A stretch of DNA of 64,000 nt. Source: Candidatus Hodarchaeota archaeon. Lineage in GTDB: Archaea; Asgardarchaeota; Heimdallarchaeia; Hodarchaeales; Hodarchaeaceae. Each line of letters opens with the position of its first letter. Positions within the stretch are counted from its first letter, which is position 1. The notes under the pieces were generated by a model. The model was not told the origin of the DNA. It made no database searches and saw nothing but the letters and a program-made list of their open reading frames with translations. Of this stretch, positions 58,476 through 64,000 are shown piece by piece. The stretch spans positions 51,527 through 115,526 of the forward strand of contig JAEOTC010000030.1 of the NCBI GenBank assembly GCA_016840035.1, written 5' to 3'. The position numbers and the translations under genes were made by a program.

Positions 58476-59117
58476 GACGTATTACCACATTGGAAAATGG
58501 CTAGTATCTGTTCTTCGATAAATCTAAACTCTGATATGGTTATTGAACTAATAATTCTTTATAATACTGTTTAAATGAAATTAGCTAAAAATCCCAACTC
58601 TTGCCAGTATAGCCAAGGGAGGAATTTTACAATAATTTCAGATGTCTACTAAAATCTACATTTTTGCCTTAAAAAGATTAGCTAATCTAAGGCAGAATTT
58701 ACTCATTAATCGTTTTTTTACTCCTCTAACCATGTATTTCTGATAACAATTGACCGATAATTATAATTTTGAAAAAAACTGGAGTTTTGTGTAAAATATA
58801 TTGGAAACCTCAGATAACTCCAAATAATTCATTTCGATTTCGAAAATGTTTCGAAATCCATTATATTCCACATATCAATAGTAGATTCAAAAATCGTTTG
58901 AAAAGGATCTTGGTGAAACGGTAATTGCATGTTTAAGGAATATCATTGATCAATTATTCTGATACTTCCCGATTCTTATGGGAACACAAGTATTTTCGAT
59001 ACAATCAGATGTGATAATGATCCTTAATGGGTGGAGTATAAAAGAAAAAAACAAACTGATAAAAACTGAACAAATTTTGGCTTTGTCTTGAGACACTAAT
59101 AAGGAGTCAATATAAAA

Positions 59118-59540
59118 ATGGCACAACTCCTCTATCGAAACCTTTGGGAACCAAGAGAACTACGTACTCTTCTTCTAGGCATTTTGATGATATCATTAGG
59201 TTTTTTACTTGAACTAATATTCTTATTTTTCTTGGATGAAATGAAATCATCATTTCTCGGAGTTTTATATTGGGAGCTAACCTTATTAGGTGGTACAATA
59301 ACCCCTCTATTAATACTATTCCATTTAATCGTGTGGAGTATAATCTACTTCGCATCACTTATGGTTTATACCGTTATTCGGGAATATAGTGGAGGAAGGA
59401 CGGGTATCTCTGAAATTGCCGCGATAATAATCATTCTTACGATTACAACGGGCTTGATTTTCGATGAATGGTTTGCACTCTTCTTTATTATCACTTCTAG
59501 TCTCATAACTTTGTATATTTATCTCGTTGTTGGCGAATAA
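59118..59540 (+). CDS. Hypothetical multi-pass membrane protein
   Basis: About 4 hydrophobic segments; AAGGAG upstream. Confidence 0.75.
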   Translation: MAQLLYRNLWEPRELRTLLLGILMISLGFLLELIFLFFLDEMKSSFLGVLYWELTLLGGTITPLLILFHLIVWSIIYFASLMVYTVIREYSGGRTGISEIAAIIIILTITTGLIFDEWFALFFIITSSLITLYIYLVVGE

Positions 59541-59623
59541 ATTAATATTTATAACCAGAAATCACGCTGTAGATAAAAAAGTGGGCGTATTTGCGTCTAC
59601 CAGAAGAAAAAAAGGGAAACTTG

Positions 59624-60514
59624 CTAGTATGCAAGTTCTCTGTTTTCAAATATATAAAGAGCCAAAACGAGTGCTGCTAATCCTGTACCTACTACAATTA
59701 TTAGTTCCGGTACAAGGTTGTTAAATAAGGCTTCCCAAGTACCAGTTACCCAACGCTGAATGTTTCCTGCAGTAAGATAATGGAAAATCGACAAACTTGC
59801 AACGAACTCTCCAATATTAAAGTGACATTGGATTATTTGAAGATCAAAGATCTTGATGTCGAATGTAGTTGTTTCCACTGCACTTGCTACAAGCATTCCA
59901 ATTCGTTCACCAATATACGAACCAAGGACTACTCCTGCAGCAGCAGCCATGGCACGATTAGTTTTGAGGAAAATAACAGCACAAAGAAATGTTAATGAAC
60001 CTAAGGCAAAAAATTTAAGGGTTACACCACTTAAAGCAAGAAAAACTGCGCCAGGATCAATTTCTTCTCCCATAAATTCCGTGAAGACAATTAGAATACT
60101 ACCAACGAGAATTGGATACAGTATCTGGTAAGTAACATATACAGAATACTTTTCTAGCAGGTATCTCCAACGGGGGATTGGATAAGATAGTGTTACATCT
60201 AAAGTTCTTTTATCAACTTCACTACTGAGCAGACGGACTGGCATGAATATTGTGATAAAGATCATGATGAAGTCGATCCACACGAAGATGTACATGATAA
60301 TTATTCCTTGCCAGCTAGTGAACATACCCTCAGCTAGATCTCCTAGCATTACTTTATAGATCTCGTTTTCTAATATTGCAGCGAACGCATCGGCTTGAGC
60401 TTCAAGCTCGGGCCAGATTGCAGCAATGATAGGAATAAACAAAACAACGAAAGCTGGAGGAATTACTCCAATAAGCCAATTCTTTTTTATACCTTTCAAA
60501 TACGTTGTTACCAT
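59624..60514 (-). CDS. ABC-2 type transporter permease
   Basis: SEVDKRTLD..LSYPIPR...L.EK; follows the ATPase. Confidence 0.88.
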   Translation of the reverse strand: MVTTYLKGIKKNWLIGVIPPAFVVLFIPIIAAIWPELEAQADAFAAILENEIYKVMLGDLAEGMFTSWQGIIIMYIFVWIDFIMIFITIFMPVRLLSSEVDKRTLDVTLSYPIPRWRYLLEKYSVYVTYQILYPILVGSILIVFTEFMGEEIDPGAVFLALSGVTLKFFALGSLTFLCAVIFLKTNRAMAAAAGVVLGSYIGERIGMLVASAVETTTFDIKIFDLQIIQCHFNIGEFVASLSIFHYLTAGNIQRWVTGTWEALFNNLVPELIIVVGTGLAALVLALYIFENRELAY

Positions 60515-60523
60515 CTTATCACC

Positions 60524-61483
60524 TCATTTATAATATTGCAAAAAGATCTCCTCGAGACTGGCATCCTCAATCGATATTCGTCTGACGGGAAACTTTGCTA
60601 AGAACTTCAACAGAATATCTACATCTTCTTTAATTTGTAGAGTGAAGGTTCGTTTCTTTATTTGCTTCACATCAATGATTGTCGGTATACCAGAAAAATC
60701 CTGTTCTGATGGCATATTATCAACTTCTTGAAAGGTTACACGTACATTCTGCATAAATTTTTCACGGAGACTTTCCACACTCTCAACTAGAATCATCTTT
60801 CCGTCCTTAATAATGCCTACTCTATCACAAACCGCTTGGACTTCTGCTAAATCATGTGAACATAGAAATACTGTGACACCGTCCTCTTGTTTTAACTTTC
60901 TGATTAACTTGTGAAAGTTTGAGGCCATAAGAGGATCTAATCCTGAAATTGGTTCATCAAGTATAAGAAACTCTGGTTTTGGAGCTAGAGCCGCCATTAA
61001 TCCAACTTGTTGTCTATTACCACTGGATAACGACCCAATCTTTAAAGTAAGGTCAACACGGAATAAAGATCTTAATTCTTTCATAAACTCTCTATTCATT
61101 GGTCGATATTTTGAATAATACTCAAGTAATTCGTTCCCCGTGAAGTTTTCATACAGAGCTAAGTCTCCTGGAACATATCCAATCCGTTCCCTGATACTGA
61201 GTGCTGCTAAATCATGAGGTAAACCAAAAACAGAAATTTTACCATTTTGGATTTTGAGATAATCCAGAACTGCTCGAATAGTTGTAGTCTTCCCTGCACC
61301 ATTCGGCCCTAGGAAACCAAAAATTTCACCTTTTTTAATGTCAAAGGTGACATCCTGCGCCCCTACTACGTTTCTTCCAAATCTTCTAGGACCTATATTA
61401 ATTTCTCTTCCATAGATCTTTGTTAAGTTTTCAACATTTAATATTGCGGAAATTTTATCCACTTCCTTTGTTGAGTTTTCCAT
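60524..61483 (-). CDS. ABC transporter ATP-binding protein
   Basis: GPNGAGKTT, LSSG, ILDEP, SH; start probably ATG 61483. Confidence 0.95.
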   Translation of the reverse strand: MENSTKEVDKISAILNVENLTKIYGREINIGPRRFGRNVVGAQDVTFDIKKGEIFGFLGPNGAGKTTTIRAVLDYLKIQNGKISVFGLPHDLAALSIRERIGYVPGDLALYENFTGNELLEYYSKYRPMNREFMKELRSLFRVDLTLKIGSLSSGNRQQVGLMAALAPKPEFLILDEPISGLDPLMASNFHKLIRKLKQEDGVTVFLCSHDLAEVQAVCDRVGIIKDGKMILVESVESLREKFMQNVRVTFQEVDNMPSEQDFSGIPTIIDVKQIKKRTFTLQIKEDVDILLKFLAKFPVRRISIEDASLEEIFLQYYK

Positions 61484-61702
61484 TAATTGCGTAACTGACG
61501 CAATTGTATCAATAATATAAGGGTTTCCCTTAGGTCGATTTTTTGAATAGATCATTGGTCATTTTGTCTAATTCGTTATGAAAATAGAAATAATTGATGT
61601 TAGCGGAATGAAAGAATCGATTCATAAAAAATATGGCAAAGTATTCCAGAACTGTTACCCCAAACTGTGACATTTTAATAATCAATTGAAGAATAGTTAT
61701 TC

Positions 61703-62197
61703 ATGTCATCTCAACATCAGCATGGAGTGGGAATTGAACATCCGTATTCCCATCAAATAATGATTGGAAGTCTGGTCTTCTTTTTTCTAACATGGGGCTT
61801 AGATACATTTTATATTCAATTATTTGTTGAACTGAGGAATTCAGTTCCATTATTACTTCGTATCCTATTATTTCTCATGACAGTGATCATTTCGTTTTTA
61901 ATGATGAAAAAGTCGGAAAGCTTGATCTTTTCAACCCAAAATGAACCAAAAAGTCTCGTTTCAGGAGGAATTTATGGTTTTATACGTCATCCATTATATT
62001 TGAGTATTCCCGTTCTTTATCTTGCTTTTGTTCTTCTTTCGTTTTCAATTCTCTCCATCTTGTCGATACTAGTCATATTCTATTTTTTCAACAGAATGGT
62101 TGTATTTGAAGAGAATGAACTAATAAAAATATTGGGAGATGAATATTTGCAGTATATGAGTAATGTTCCCAGGTGGATTCCTAGACTAAAAAGATAA
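61703..62197 (+). CDS. Isoprenylcysteine carboxylmethyltransferase/PEMT-family membrane protein
   Basis: GIYGFIRHPLY, EENEL...G.EY..Y...VPRW. Confidence 0.9.
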   Translation: MSSQHQHGVGIEHPYSHQIMIGSLVFFFLTWGLDTFYIQLFVELRNSVPLLLRILLFLMTVIISFLMMKKSESLIFSTQNEPKSLVSGGIYGFIRHPLYLSIPVLYLAFVLLSFSILSILSILVIFYFFNRMVVFEENELIKILGDEYLQYMSNVPRWIPRLKR

Positions 62198-62409
62198 AAA
62201 AGAAATTTCTCTCTCCTTTCATGAATAAAAACTCCTTATTCATTTGGAAAAAGTTCAATGAAATTAAATCCCTTAAAAATTACAATTATCTTAATAATCT
62301 TAAATTACGACTTTCTCCTTTATTTTAATGGAATAAAATCCGAAAAAGTTGAATTCTATTTAGTAATGATTAAATAAAATCAACGATATGTAAATCCTGC
62401 TGGGAATAC

Positions 62410-63114
62410 TTGCAGAATCTTTTCCCAAAAAAAGCAATTCAAGGTTATTTTATGTCCCATTACTTTATACCTAAACAAAAGTCTTTATTCACTTTTCTTC
62501 TTTGGACACGTTGGATAATATTGAGTTTGATAGGTTGGGGAACCTTATTTGGATCAGTTATTCTCATTTTCTTTTATACTGATAACTTATACATTTTTCC
62601 AATGTTTTTTGTAGGTCTTATAGTTATCGGCTGTTTACAATGGATAAATATACGCGGATTATTTTCTTGGTCTAATTTATGGATAAGAGCAACTTTAATT
62701 GGGATTCCTCTAGGTATAATCTATGTAATAATCTTGGCTGCGATTATTGGACCCGCTGGTCTAGGTATAGGATTAATTATAGACAATTTCTTTGGTGTAA
62801 TGCCTGGAATTGTATCTACCGCAGTAACCGTCTCACTCTGCTTTGTTATCGTCACTCATTATAATGGAAAACTAACTAAAAGGATTACTGAGAGAGTTAG
62901 TGGAAAAAGATTACTAATACTCGAACAGGTTGTTATCATTAAAGACGCCACTTCGACGGCTATAATCTTAAGCGCAATTTTTATTTTAGCAAATGTTATT
63001 GTCGGAATAATTGTTGGAGGCTTAACATTTGCTTTATTGACTGGATTTGGGGTAAAAGAAATCGGAGTTCCCATGATAAAAGGTAATACAGGATCCGTTG
63101 ACCCGCAGATCTAA
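62410..63114 (+). CDS. Hypothetical multi-pass membrane protein
   Basis: 5-6 hydrophobic segments; start uncertain. Confidence 0.7.
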   Translation: MQNLFPKKAIQGYFMSHYFIPKQKSLFTFLLWTRWIILSLIGWGTLFGSVILIFFYTDNLYIFPMFFVGLIVIGCLQWINIRGLFSWSNLWIRATLIGIPLGIIYVIILAAIIGPAGLGIGLIIDNFFGVMPGIVSTAVTVSLCFVIVTHYNGKLTKRITERVSGKRLLILEQVVIIKDATSTAIILSAIFILANVIVGIIVGGLTFALLTGFGVKEIGVPMIKGNTGSVDPQI

Positions 63115-63370
63115 TTTTCATAACCATATTTGTTTCACAAAATGTGGGATTGGTAAAGAAAATAAAGTCATTTTTTTGTCATTCAACTAAATTTGTGTCA
63201 AGATAGAAATGTCGTTAAACGTTGGCTATGTTAAGGAAGCTATATATGTTGCTATATCTATTGTCATGCCAAGGTTAAAGAACACTTCTTTTTCACTTAA
63301 AATTGTCTCGTTTTCTTCTTTGTTTTCTGACCAATCCAGCAGTCAATTTAAAAATATTTTAACAAAAAGA

Positions 63371-64000
63371 TTATACTTTTAACTGAATATACCCACCACT
63401 GATAGCTCGCTTTTCCCTTTCGTTGTAAACTGTAAAAAAGAGGTCTATTTCATTTTCTATATTTATTCTGTTATTCAGAATTAAACGAAGATCAGTTCCA
63501 GGTTTAACTATACTTGTAAATCTACAAGCGATCTCTTTCACCTTAAGAGGGTTTTTTCCAGCTTCCCTATTTGTTATCTCTTTCACCGCATATGCAAGAG
63601 TTGCTGTGCCTTGCATTATAATCCCTGGTAGACCAATTTGATGAGCGAATTCTCTTGAAGTATGAATAGGAAAGGTAATCCCTGAACAGCCATCATATAT
63701 GTATGACCTTAAAGCATCAATGGTAATGATTTCCTCCCATACCTGGTGAGATACCTCCTTTTCAGGAATTTTGGGAAGATTCTCTTCTCCTTTCCCTCCA
63801 CCAATACATTCAACCCCACGTAGCATACCACCATGATATTGCGTATAGACTGGTTCATTCTTATTATCTATTGCTTCTAAACAGAGAATTACATGTGTTC
63901 CCGCGCGATGTGGCATAATTGCTACAATCTCTCCTTTAATTGTTATTTCATCCCCAGATTTCATAAGACGATAGATCTTCAGGTGTTCTGAGTAATGGAC
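63371..64000 (-). CDS. MaoC-family double hot-dog dehydratase (5' truncated by window)
   Basis: SG..FPIH....A...GLPGII.QG, RFTSIV.PG; frame open to the window edge. Confidence 0.85.
   Translation of the reverse strand, partial: VHYSEHLKIYRLMKSGDEITIKGEIVAIMPHRAGTHVILCLEAIDNKNEPVYTQYHGGMLRGVECIGGGKGEENLPKIPEKEVSHQVWEEIITIDALRSYIYDGCSGITFPIHTSREFAHQIGLPGIIMQGTATLAYAVKEITNREAGKNPLKVKEIACRFTSIVKPGTDLRLILNNRINIENEIDLFFTVYNEREKRAISGGYIQLKV

Noticed and set aside
107-63074. Many short antisense or alternate-frame ORFs in the track (e.g. 9228-9473, 23761-24069, 45971-46321, 47622-48047, 55361-55717)
   Set aside because: They lie inside well-supported genes and have no motifs; shadow ORFs
1-64000. 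CRISPR arrays, transposases, integrases, rRNA, selenoprotein readthrough
   Set aside because: No repeat-spacer periodicity, mobile-element motifs, rRNA-like stretches or UGA-interrupted conserved frames were seen by eye

Overview
AT-rich, gene-dense archaeal chromosome segment, almost certainly from an Asgard archaeon. Heimdallarchaeia/Hodarchaeales-like is my inference from the eukaryotic signature proteins. Most of the window is conserved information-processing genes: Nop5, fibrillarin, TFS, Lsm, Rpo8, KEOPS, ribosomal proteins, Rpo7/Spt4, RPA subunits, PolB1, NMD3, aIF2 alpha/beta, GINS, Nop10, GlyRS and ThrRS. It also holds tRNA-Leu(GAG) and a tRNA-Thr(GGU) split by three introns. The most interesting block is 43.4-53.5 kb. 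It contains an ESCRT-II Vps22/36-like gene, an SPFH gene and a complete ubiquitin-like conjugation cluster: a winged-helix/RING E3 candidate with a UFL1-like N-terminus, a UBA3-type E1, a GG-ending Ubl with UFM1-like features, a UEV-like protein, an E2 and a JAB/MPN+ protease. A CCDC47/PAT-like membrane protein and two Arf-family GTPases follow. Elsewhere there are a TRAP-beta-like gene divergent from Get3, a coiled-coil/proline-rich protein resembling WASH/WAVE-type factors, a domesticated LAGLIDADG-like protein, roadblock/MglA-type modules and a folP-cofE(folC2-like) pair. No CRISPR array, transposase or rRNA was seen. All homology calls come from motif reading and recalled reference sequences, not from database searches.
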